Part shown: positions 10,201-17,286 of the stretch, piece after piece
Layout: each line of letters opens with the position of its first letter
How positions within the stretch are numbered: the stretch's first letter is position 1
Virus record (IMG/VR): IMGVR_UViG_3300025141_010453
Span: 1-64,000 of that record
Source of the DNA: a virus
Length of the DNA stretch: 64,000 nucleotides
Reading direction: 5' to 3' (one strand)
The notes under the pieces: generated by a model
Databases searched by the model: none
Seen by the model: the letters and a program-made list of their open reading frames with translations, nothing else
Told to the model about the DNA's origin: nothing
Program-made: the position numbers and the translations under genes

Positions 10201-10649
10201 GTACTAGTACCAGTTAAAGGTAATACGAAAGGCAACACTCCAGACGTTCCACTTGTAACTGCTGAAGTTACCCCAGTAGAACTATTAAAGTGTGTTGCGT
10301 CTATTTCTCCAATTGTTAATACTGACCATGATGGTCCTGCATCATACCCACTTATACCTAATACTCTAGTTACAAATAACTGATTTGATTGACTCAGATA
10401 AGATTTTGCTATATATCCTAATTCATATTTAGGAATTTGTGAATCCACATAAGTTTGTGGAGAGGTTCCCCCAAATCTAGTTGTAAAATCATCATATGAT
10501 TGTATGTATATAGGTTCAAAAGCTGGCCCTTTTAAAGCTTCACCAACTAAACCTAATGTAGTAACACCTACACTTTGTGCTACAAATGTTAAATCTTTCT
10601 CTGAAGTATATACTCCTGGAGAAACGAATACTTTATTACCGTCTGCCAT
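7215..10649 (-). CDS. gp18: Tail sheath protein (T4 gp18-like) with large S/T/G/C-rich insertions
   Basis: FVSPGVYTSEKD N-terminus; PWFASAG..RG, WGNKTL, LDRINVRRLL, IKPTRALEYI C-terminal motifs. Confidence 0.92.
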   Translation of the reverse strand: MADGNKVFVSPGVYTSEKDLTFVAQSVGVTTLGLVGEALKGPAFEPIYIQSYDDFTTRFGGTSPQTYVDSQIPKYELGYIAKSYLSQSNQLFVTRVLGISGYDAGPSWSVLTIGEIDATHFNSSTGVTSAVTSGTSGVLPFVLPLTGTSTTVGTDAWVSEIGTTDFFTTLPAAILNHWQTSSTDTSYGEIVTLTNGTTLPTLRDSFMNFFSSSLDVLNSDGMSCFTGGTDAPGALSGITAWPIPIVYQYGCIPSAMTNTATATTQQTLSSSTSCVTVSNILSTNCTDYNSYENDSWYYGLFDYVNSSCCSGGTYSGVSYQMYISGDSVGQSQTYIEATGTTSAGTWGAVPVYSGNVVIEYITYTDVNVQEEYDGMVVLTLRSRGLSTKASGGPIYSISADTVSFDCTGDYYKVLENPFASFGISAGTVNGNNYTFKTSMSNTSQEYVSRVFGRSPFDKVKEEVPLFVEEAYPALLTDAWKKGKVRGLQCCLKYLPSARNATPTNTIAWYMNQWTTPETPWIVSELQGTDVFRLFKFISISDGTAANKEIKISLINLSFERGEFDIVVRDFYDTDANPNVLEKYTRCSLDPTKVSFIGRKIGTSTGEFELKSKYTMLYLGEGLLDGTFTNSLPCGFEGYRFRGYGNCPINPTIVYKTKYYNAGEVIYDPPFGSGTVNNQTISGGDKVSKVYLGVSNSTGAAYDSDFFAYKGKQIPSTLCTAVDGGEWQVITKGFHMDSGATVISGGVGTYLEWSGTTLNGKSVFDCGAGQFNHEPTLTTEPYKKLRSRKFTIAPHGGFDGWDIYRKTRSNTDDYRMGLSGFLAGACNTAEFNTATGAGTFKKLSSSEANTDYFAYLRAIETFSNPESVNINVFATPGLDYVDNLGLVNEAIDMVETDRADSLYVVTTPDYNMFVPNTTDITNQITPEEAVDNVEDSLIDSNYTATYYPWIQVRDTANNKQIYIPPTSEVMRNIALTDNIAFPWFASAGYTRGIVNAVKARKKLTLDERDTLYVGRLNPIATFSDVGPIIWGNKTLQIKESALDRINVRRLLLQTRKLISAVAVRLIFEQNDDIVRQQFLDLVNPILDSIRRDRGLTDFRVVLSNDPEEIDRNEMNGKIYIKPTRALEYIFVEFLITPTGASFEDI

Positions 10650-10684
10650 GTTTTATAATTTTAAAATGTTTTATTTTCTTTAAT

Positions 10685-10692
10685 AATAAATA
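10685..10692 (-). promoter_or_regulatory. Putative late promoter TATTTATT
   Basis: Upstream of sheath. Confidence 0.55.
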
Positions 10693-10751
10693 CAAGTGGT
10701 ATAGACAAAAGTTACGTAGTAAATACTTATATTTTAGAGATAGTAAGTAAA

Positions 10752-10772
10752 TTTTCATACTTTTTTCATACT
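10752..10772. repeat. Direct repeat TTTTCATACT x2 (11-bp period), candidate operator
   Basis: Copies at 10752-10761 and 10763-10772, between the sheath and the divergent RHH-like gene. Confidence 0.45.
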
Positions 10773-10804
10773 ATATCGTAGTTATATTAAAAATACACCC
10801 TACA

Positions 10805-10972
10805 ATGGTAACTAAAGACAAAAAATCAAAAATAAAAAATTTAAAAATAAGTGTAGAATCTCATACACTTCTTAAAATTTATTGTACTAAAAAAGGATTA
10901 AAAATGTTTGCTTTTATAGAGCGTTTAATAAAAGAAAATTGTAAGTCCATAAAAGATATTTATGGTGAGTAA
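10805..10972 (+). CDS. Small ribbon-helix-helix-like DNA-binding protein (55 aa, absent from the ORF track)
   Basis: Translated by hand: MVTKDKKSKIKNLKISVESHTLLKIYCTKKGLKMFAFIERLIKENCKSIKDIYGE; beta-helix-G-helix pattern. Confidence 0.6.
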   Translation: MVTKDKKSKIKNLKISVESHTLLKIYCTKKGLKMFAFIERLIKENCKSIKDIYGE

Positions 10973-12043
10973 CTAATAAATTAATGTTTCCTGTAAAGTT
11001 AAAATAGCACTACCACTAGCCTCTTTTACAATAGTCACAATCAAAGTATCTTCAGGACTAACCATGATTGGTTCAGTTAGACTAACTGAATTAAGAGTAA
11101 AAGAATAGGATGCTACATTTTTAAGTCTTAATGCTGAAATATTAGCTTTATATTCATAGAGAATTGTTAATGTTGTGGTTGATACATCAAATGCCAACCT
11201 TGTATTTATTTTATCCGGATTTTCTTCACCAATATTTTTTCTTTCTTTTTTTCTATTTTTTTCATCAAACCCAAACATCACTAAACTCCTACTAATTGCA
11301 GGTTTAACCTCAAATTCCTCTTCATCTAATAAAAATCCTTGTACTTGAAACTGATAATTCTGTTGGTAATATCTTCTTTCTTCTGTATCTATTTGGCTTT
11401 CATCACCTATTGATTGCATAATAATTGGGATGTAATGCCCTTTTATAAAAGTATATGCTTGTCTAGATGTAAATTTTTGTAATACTACTCTATTAAAATT
11501 ATTAAGTTCTCTCATTCTATTACATATAATTTTTACATCATATAGAATATCAACAGGCACTGGTTGAGGAATGGTGTAAATATCATACCCTTTTCTATTG
11601 CCGTCCCATGTTGGGACTTTTGCGTAATGAAATTGTTTTCTATCTGGTATAGTATATTGAAGTGCGGGATTAGACCCATATTGAGCATCTGGATTTCTTA
11701 CTACCACAATAAATGGAAGTTCTACATTCTTATCTTGATTGGAAAATTTCCATGTTTGTGAAAATTCTGCCCATCTTTGTAGGGTAAGTATCCGGTCTAT
11801 AACATTAACTTTTTTACCATTAGTAACACTTTTTAATTGTTCCTGTACAAAATCTAACATTCCTCTATCTAAATCTGCATGTAACACTGATTTAGGTAGG
11901 TATGTCCCATCATCATTAATTAAATTAGCTAATTCTTTTCTTCTATTAGGTGTGGTAATTCCATTATAACCAGTAGGGTAATGGCCCTGGATAGGTCCTG
12001 GTGCTATATCTAAACTCTTTTTTATTTTTTTAGGTATTGCCAT
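10973..12043 (-). CDS. Tail completion / sheath terminator protein (T4 gp15-like)
   Basis: LPFIVV.R and PQPVPVDILYDVKI motifs; position next to neck gene and sheath. Confidence 0.55.
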   Translation of the reverse strand: MAIPKKIKKSLDIAPGPIQGHYPTGYNGITTPNRRKELANLINDDGTYLPKSVLHADLDRGMLDFVQEQLKSVTNGKKVNVIDRILTLQRWAEFSQTWKFSNQDKNVELPFIVVVRNPDAQYGSNPALQYTIPDRKQFHYAKVPTWDGNRKGYDIYTIPQPVPVDILYDVKIICNRMRELNNFNRVVLQKFTSRQAYTFIKGHYIPIIMQSIGDESQIDTEERRYYQQNYQFQVQGFLLDEEEFEVKPAISRSLVMFGFDEKNRKKERKNIGEENPDKINTRLAFDVSTTTLTILYEYKANISALRLKNVASYSFTLNSVSLTEPIMVSPEDTLIVTIVKEASGSAILTLQETLIY

Positions 12044-12558
12044 TATATTCCTTTAAATTCGTTTTCACTCACCCAAGAACATACTATTGTTCTATAAAAA
12101 GCTTTATAACCACCAATGGTGTGTTTCATATCTGAAGTTACTCTACCATCATTACTTACTACATAATATCTCATCCTATCTTCTTTTTCAGGATACCCAA
12201 TATAGTCTCCATAATTTATATCAATATCTAACTCTTCTAAATGTTTTATATATACACCTAATGTCATATTTCCTGGTTCCATCTGATTAACTAGTCCTTT
12301 TGCATAACCTTTATTTTGTGGTATATCTATTTTAACATAAGCAGTAAATTCAACTGGTGGTTTGTATCTAATTTCCTCAGGACCAGATTCTCCATATACA
12401 TCATCTACATCAGACAATCTTTTATCTACTCTAAATAATACTAAAGTAAAATGCATATCACCATGTAACCATTCCATTCCTACATTCTGTTCTAACTGAA
12501 AATCTTCAGAACTAAAAAATTTAGATATACGTGTAATAGGTATTTTTTTATTTGCCAT
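12043..12558 (-). CDS. Neck / head-closure protein (T4 gp14-like)
   Basis: DDVYGES..PVEF.AY..GDYI pattern and synteny. Confidence 0.55.
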   Translation of the reverse strand: MANKKIPITRISKFFSSEDFQLEQNVGMEWLHGDMHFTLVLFRVDKRLSDVDDVYGESGPEEIRYKPPVEFTAYVKIDIPQNKGYAKGLVNQMEPGNMTLGVYIKHLEELDIDINYGDYIGYPEKEDRMRYYVVSNDGRVTSDMKHTIGGYKAFYRTIVCSWVSENEFKGI

Positions 12559-12575
12559 ATGAGTTTCCCTTTTAT

Positions 12576-12583
12576 TATAAATA
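12576..12583 (-). promoter_or_regulatory. Putative late promoter TATTTATA
   Basis: Upstream of neck operon, back-to-back with the helicase promoter. Confidence 0.6.
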
Positions 12584-12586
12584 CAA

Positions 12587-12618
12587 TTTGTCTTTCTTTT
12601 CTCTTTTTATTATATTGC
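12587..12618 (+). promoter_or_regulatory. Bacteroidota-type early promoter (variant)
   Basis: TTTG-N20-TATATTGC just before ATG 12622. Confidence 0.55.
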
Positions 12619-12621
12619 CGT

Positions 12622-14355
12622 ATGGAAAATTTTCCTCCAGAGATTAAAGCTAAAAATTCATTAGCTAATTATAATGGGGCCAATAACTATATTATAGGCC
12701 TCAAAAATAATATGCTTAATAGTAAAACTTTCACATTAACAAGGTCTCAATCAGACTACATTAATAAAAATTATAGTGAAAAACCTAAAATTGTTAGATT
12801 ATGGATGGAAATAGATAATTACCTATCTAAAGAACTTATGTCTACTAAATTTTTACAGTCTGCACCTAAATCTATATGGATAGAAAAATTATTATCTGAA
12901 ACCGATAAAGCTTATCATGTGTGGGGTAAAATCATAGATGTTCACCCTCTTAACTCTTTTTGGGTCCCTAAAAATCAAATTATCCCTAGAGAAAATCCTA
13001 ATTTAGATGTTGACTTTACAGTTTTTTCACATCGTCCTCCTTTCGAACACCAAAAAGAAGCTATAATTAAATTAGTTTCTAATAAAAAATATATACTCGC
13101 AGATGATATGGGTTTGGGTAAAACTAGTTCTGCTATTATGGCGAGTATTGACCTTAAATTAAAAAAAGTATTAATTATATGCCCAGCATCTTTAAAAGTT
13201 AACTGGAAAAGAGAGATAGAGAATTATAGTAATGGACATGTAGGTATTGTGGAAGGGAAGAAATGGGAAGATGGAAAATATGTTATTATAAATTATGACA
13301 TCTTAAAAAACTTTCATTCATTACCTAAAGATGTTGATAAAAAAACTACTATATTAGATTCTAAATTTGACTTAGTTATAATAGATGAAGCTCACTATGT
13401 TTCAAATGGTAAAGCACAAAGAACTAAATTAGTTAATAATCTAACAACCAAAATAGAAAGACTATGGTTATTATCTGGTACTCCAATGACTTCCAGACCT
13501 ATGAATTATTATAATTTATTAAAATTAGTTGGTTCAAGAGTTGCTAATAATTGGATTAATTATGTTAGAAGATACTGTGATGGTAAACAAATTTTTAGAG
13601 GGTACCGTAAAGTTTGGTTAACTTTTGGGGCTACTAATCTTGAGGAGTTGAGGAATAAAACTAAGCATAATGTGTTACGTAGATTAAAGGAGGATGTTTT
13701 AGATTTACCCGATAAAATCATAACCCCTATTCACATGGAGTTAAAATCCAAAATATATGAGACTGAAATGGGTGAATACTTAGATTGGCAAAGAGAGAAT
13801 AAAAACCGTGGTCTCAGTATACAATTATCTAAATTAATGAAGGTAAGACAAATAATAGCCTTAGAAAAAGTTAAAGAAACTACACAATTAATAGACCAAT
13901 GTTTACAACAAGATAAAAAAGTTATTGTTTTTACTAATTTTACGGAACCTTTAATGACATTACATGAAAAATACAAAAAAGAATCTGTTATTTTAAATGG
14001 CACAATGAAAAAAGATGCTCGTCAAGAAAGTGTAGACCGTTTTCAAAATGATGACAAGATAAAAGTTTTCATAGGAAATGTAAAAGCAGCTGGAGTAGGG
14101 ATTACTTTAACCGCTGCAGAAGTTGTAATTTTTAATGATTTATCTTTTGTTCCTTCAGATATGTCACAATGTGAAGACCGTGCATTTAGAATCGGACAAG
14201 ATAAAAAAGTTTCTTGTATGTATCCAATTTATGATAATACTATAGAAAGAACAATCTATGAAATAGTTAATAAAAAGAAATCCGTTATCGATACTGTTAT
14301 GGGTGATAATATTAATGAAGAAGATATTCTAGGAGAAATCCTAAATGGTTTGTAA
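12622..14355 (+). CDS. SNF2-family (HARP/SMARCAL1-like) helicase/ATPase
   Basis: LADDMGLGKT, IIDEAH, LSGTP, LRRLKEDV, GVGITLT, QCEDRAFRIGQ. Start reassigned to ATG 12622. Confidence 0.9.
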   Translation: MENFPPEIKAKNSLANYNGANNYIIGLKNNMLNSKTFTLTRSQSDYINKNYSEKPKIVRLWMEIDNYLSKELMSTKFLQSAPKSIWIEKLLSETDKAYHVWGKIIDVHPLNSFWVPKNQIIPRENPNLDVDFTVFSHRPPFEHQKEAIIKLVSNKKYILADDMGLGKTSSAIMASIDLKLKKVLIICPASLKVNWKREIENYSNGHVGIVEGKKWEDGKYVIINYDILKNFHSLPKDVDKKTTILDSKFDLVIIDEAHYVSNGKAQRTKLVNNLTTKIERLWLLSGTPMTSRPMNYYNLLKLVGSRVANNWINYVRRYCDGKQIFRGYRKVWLTFGATNLEELRNKTKHNVLRRLKEDVLDLPDKIITPIHMELKSKIYETEMGEYLDWQRENKNRGLSIQLSKLMKVRQIIALEKVKETTQLIDQCLQQDKKVIVFTNFTEPLMTLHEKYKKESVILNGTMKKDARQESVDRFQNDDKIKVFIGNVKAAGVGITLTAAEVVIFNDLSFVPSDMSQCEDRAFRIGQDKKVSCMYPIYDNTIERTIYEIVNKKKSVIDTVMGDNINEEDILGEILNGL

Positions 14356-14372
14356 AAACAGACTTTTCCTTA

Positions 14373-14380
14373 TATTTATA
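14373..14380 (+). promoter_or_regulatory. Putative late promoter TATTTATA
   Basis: 15 nt upstream of ATG 14396. Confidence 0.6.
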
Positions 14381-14395
14381 TATAAAACAATTGTT

Positions 14396-14989
14396 ATGGC
14401 TAAAAAAGAATTTACAAAAAAACAACTTAAAGAACAGTTAACTCTATTAACTGAAGGAGGTGCAGCTAATAAAAAGAATTTATCCAAAGCTTATCACGCA
14501 CTACAGAAATTAAAAGCTATGAAAGGGTCCAAAATAGGAGACAAAATTATAGATAGTGCAGCTCTTAATAAAATTAAAGCTGCATGGCGTCTTATTGAAG
14601 ATTTATTTGATAAAACAACAGATGAGGATATTACCAAGCAAGAAGATGAAAAAGAAAAAGAGGAGTCAAAAAAAGTTACAGAGAAAAATGAACAGTCTGA
14701 AGGTCATGGAAAAATGTATAACGCATTACAAGGTGTAAGAGAAGGTAAGGTTGTTAAGGTTAATGAAGGTACTTTAAAAAGAATTGTAGAACGAGTTATT
14801 AAAGAACAAAAAAATGTTAGTTTTGATGATATGCTTAGTAACCTTTCGACAGCTGTTACCAGAATTAAAAAGGTTTCTACCACTGCGTGGAAAAAGTCCG
14901 AACCTGCACTTACCGATAAAGAACTTGCAGACGGTAAAAAGAAAGCCGTTACAGAATTAAAGTCAATACTTGATTCATATACTAAATAA
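14396..14989 (+). CDS. Putative internal head protein (Lys/Glu-rich)
   Basis: QLKEQLTLLTE and VKVNEGTLKRIVERVIKEQ motifs; start reassigned to 14396. Confidence 0.55.
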   Translation: MAKKEFTKKQLKEQLTLLTEGGAANKKNLSKAYHALQKLKAMKGSKIGDKIIDSAALNKIKAAWRLIEDLFDKTTDEDITKQEDEKEKEESKKVTEKNEQSEGHGKMYNALQGVREGKVVKVNEGTLKRIVERVIKEQKNVSFDDMLSNLSTAVTRIKKVSTTAWKKSEPALTDKELADGKKKAVTELKSILDSYTK

Positions 14990-15014
14990 TCCTCATTTAA
15001 ACACATATTTTATG

Positions 15015-15038
15015 AAAGGTCCTTATGGGACCTTTTTT
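15015..15038 (+). terminator. Intrinsic terminator
   Basis: AAAGGTCC-TTATG-GGACCTTTTTT. Confidence 0.8.
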
Positions 15039-15054
15039 AATACCAACTTCCAAG

Positions 15055-15062
15055 TATTTATA
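15055..15062 (+). promoter_or_regulatory. Putative late promoter TATTTATA
   Basis: 15 nt upstream of ATG 15078. Confidence 0.65.
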
Positions 15063-15077
15063 TAGAAAGGATATATT

Positions 15078-16214
15078 ATGCCCGTAACAATTGAACCAGT
15101 AAAAAGAGAAAAATTATTTACCCAAATAAGACACTTATTAGGTGCACCACTTAGAGGGGTAGAACTTGAGGACGAAATGTTAGATACAGCTATTGAACTG
15201 GCTATACTTGATTATGGTCAGTATGTACAAGATTGGTTGATAGAGAATCAGTGGTCTTCATTATACGGTCAAGACCTAGATGTTATCTCTTTAACTAGTG
15301 CCTTTTTAACTAGAGACTTAAGTTTTGAAACTTCATTTACTTATGCTTACTCTAAAATAGTGGGTCTACAAGCTGGTGGACCTTATCAACTTAAACAAGA
15401 CTATATTAATTTAAGTGCTCACACCCAAATATACGAAATACCTGCTGGTCGTGAAATTAATGAAATTATGTGGTATACTAGAGCTGAACTAAATGAATCT
15501 TTTATTGACCCATTCTTAGGTGCCTTTGGAGGCTTTGGTGGTGGAATGGGTATGGGTGGTCCTGGTGGATTTGCTCAAATGGGAATTCAAGGTTCTTATT
15601 TCTTAATGCCTGCATTTGATATCTTATTAAGAATGCAAGATAGAAATCTTAAAAATAGACTTATCGGTGGAGAGATGACTTATAGAATTACTGCTGGTGC
15701 AGGGGGTGTGCATGGACCTAAATATGTACATCTTATGAATGTCCCTGGTGGAAGATTTGATTTTGGTTCTATTATGGCTAACCAAGAACGTGTGTGGTAT
15801 TGGTATTATGATTCTGGTCCTGAAAATAGAGATGCTTGTTTGGACGCAAATAAAGATATTGTGTTATTACCTAGTGATGTTACCTTAGATGAAATGACTT
15901 TTACTGAACTTAACTCTCCAGCTCAAGCATGGGTTAGACGTTACTTTTTTGCAAAGGCAAAAGAAATGTTAGGTAGGGTGAGAGGTAAATTTAGTGGTAA
16001 TCTCAAAACTCCTGATTCTGAATTAACTATGGAGTATGCGGACTTACTTACTGAAGCTAAAGATGAAGTGGCTAAACTAGTCGAAGAATTAATGGCTAGA
16101 CTTGAACGATTAAGAAACGATAAAATGTTAGAAAGAAAAGCCCTTGAAGCTGAAAATTTAAATAAATCTTTAGGATTTAGACCTATGAATCCTGGTTCTA
16201 TATTTGTAGTATAA
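15078..16214 (+). CDS. gp13: Neck protein (T4 gp13-like)
   Basis: IRHLLGAP..VELEDEMLD N-terminus; WVRRY..AKAKE.LG.VRGKF C-terminus. Confidence 0.75.
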   Translation: MPVTIEPVKREKLFTQIRHLLGAPLRGVELEDEMLDTAIELAILDYGQYVQDWLIENQWSSLYGQDLDVISLTSAFLTRDLSFETSFTYAYSKIVGLQAGGPYQLKQDYINLSAHTQIYEIPAGREINEIMWYTRAELNESFIDPFLGAFGGFGGGMGMGGPGGFAQMGIQGSYFLMPAFDILLRMQDRNLKNRLIGGEMTYRITAGAGGVHGPKYVHLMNVPGGRFDFGSIMANQERVWYWYYDSGPENRDACLDANKDIVLLPSDVTLDEMTFTELNSPAQAWVRRYFFAKAKEMLGRVRGKFSGNLKTPDSELTMEYADLLTEAKDEVAKLVEELMARLERLRNDKMLERKALEAENLNKSLGFRPMNPGSIFVV

Positions 16215-16215
16215 A

Positions 16216-17286
16216 ATGGCATTTTTTACCCGAGTAGATTATAGTAGACAATTAAGACAAAGTGGAGATACTACTGGTATTTTTTCTGGCTCTTCTACAT
16301 TTGAACAAAATGTAACGATTGGTTCAGGATTAACTGTTGGTAACGGTATTACTGGTTGTGGTGATTTTATGGTCTATAAATGTAAGGCTGAGGGACCATG
16401 GGAAGAGATGCAAGGTGGTTGTTGTTATACTGCATGTAGTACTGGTTATACTTTTATGGTTGCCCCTTATTCTGCAACCTCTGCGTCATGTATGGTAACC
16501 ATAACACCATTTTCTGCAATAACAGGTTATAGTGCAGTTCTTGCGATTGGTCAGGCCCCAATCCCTCCGTTAAGTGGAACAAATAGTGCTTTATCTATTA
16601 ATCCAGGAATTAGTGCGAGTACAGTACAAATAGCTAAATTAGGCCTTGTAGATGCTGGTTTAGTAGGCGGTGTGGTTGATTTGCAAATAGATGAAAATGG
16701 TAATGTAGTAAAAGGAGCTTCTTCTTCCTTAAGATATAAACATCACTTAAGACCAATAAATAAAAATAGATATGATACATTATTAGACCTTAAATCTTAC
16801 TTTTTTAAATATAGAGCAACCGGAATGGACGGTTTTGGCTTAATTGCTGAAGAATTACATGACTTAGGTTTTACTGAATTGGTCCTATATGACGGTAAAG
16901 GTAGGCCCGATAATATTGATTATAAACTTTTAGGGGTTGCTTTATTAAATCTTATACAAAATTTATATAAAGATGGTGTTAATTTATATTATGAACCTAC
17001 TAGTGAAACCGATACCAAAACAAAAGTTATAAAAGAAGACTATATTTCGGATGGTGAACATTTATTAGTAGTAACTAAAGAATGTAAAATAACATTGAAT
17101 TCAAATAAAGATAAAAAAATAAAAATAAAATCTTTATCTAATATAGAAATATTTCCAGATATTGGATTAATAGATAGTAAGTGGGAGTCTCTAAAATTAG
17201 ATGGTGATAGTTGTGTTGAATTTGCATTTGTAGAGGAGCTAGACTGTTGGGTGATTGTTGGTTCAGATGGTCTAAAGCAAAGTTAA
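16216..17286 (+). CDS. Short fibre/spike protein with peptidase S74 intramolecular chaperone plus an extra C-terminal domain
   Basis: SSLRYK cleavage motif, GFGLIAEEL, IDY. Confidence 0.65.
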   Translation: MAFFTRVDYSRQLRQSGDTTGIFSGSSTFEQNVTIGSGLTVGNGITGCGDFMVYKCKAEGPWEEMQGGCCYTACSTGYTFMVAPYSATSASCMVTITPFSAITGYSAVLAIGQAPIPPLSGTNSALSINPGISASTVQIAKLGLVDAGLVGGVVDLQIDENGNVVKGASSSLRYKHHLRPINKNRYDTLLDLKSYFFKYRATGMDGFGLIAEELHDLGFTELVLYDGKGRPDNIDYKLLGVALLNLIQNLYKDGVNLYYEPTSETDTKTKVIKEDYISDGEHLLVVTKECKITLNSNKDKKIKIKSLSNIEIFPDIGLIDSKWESLKLDGDSCVEFAFVEELDCWVIVGSDGLKQS

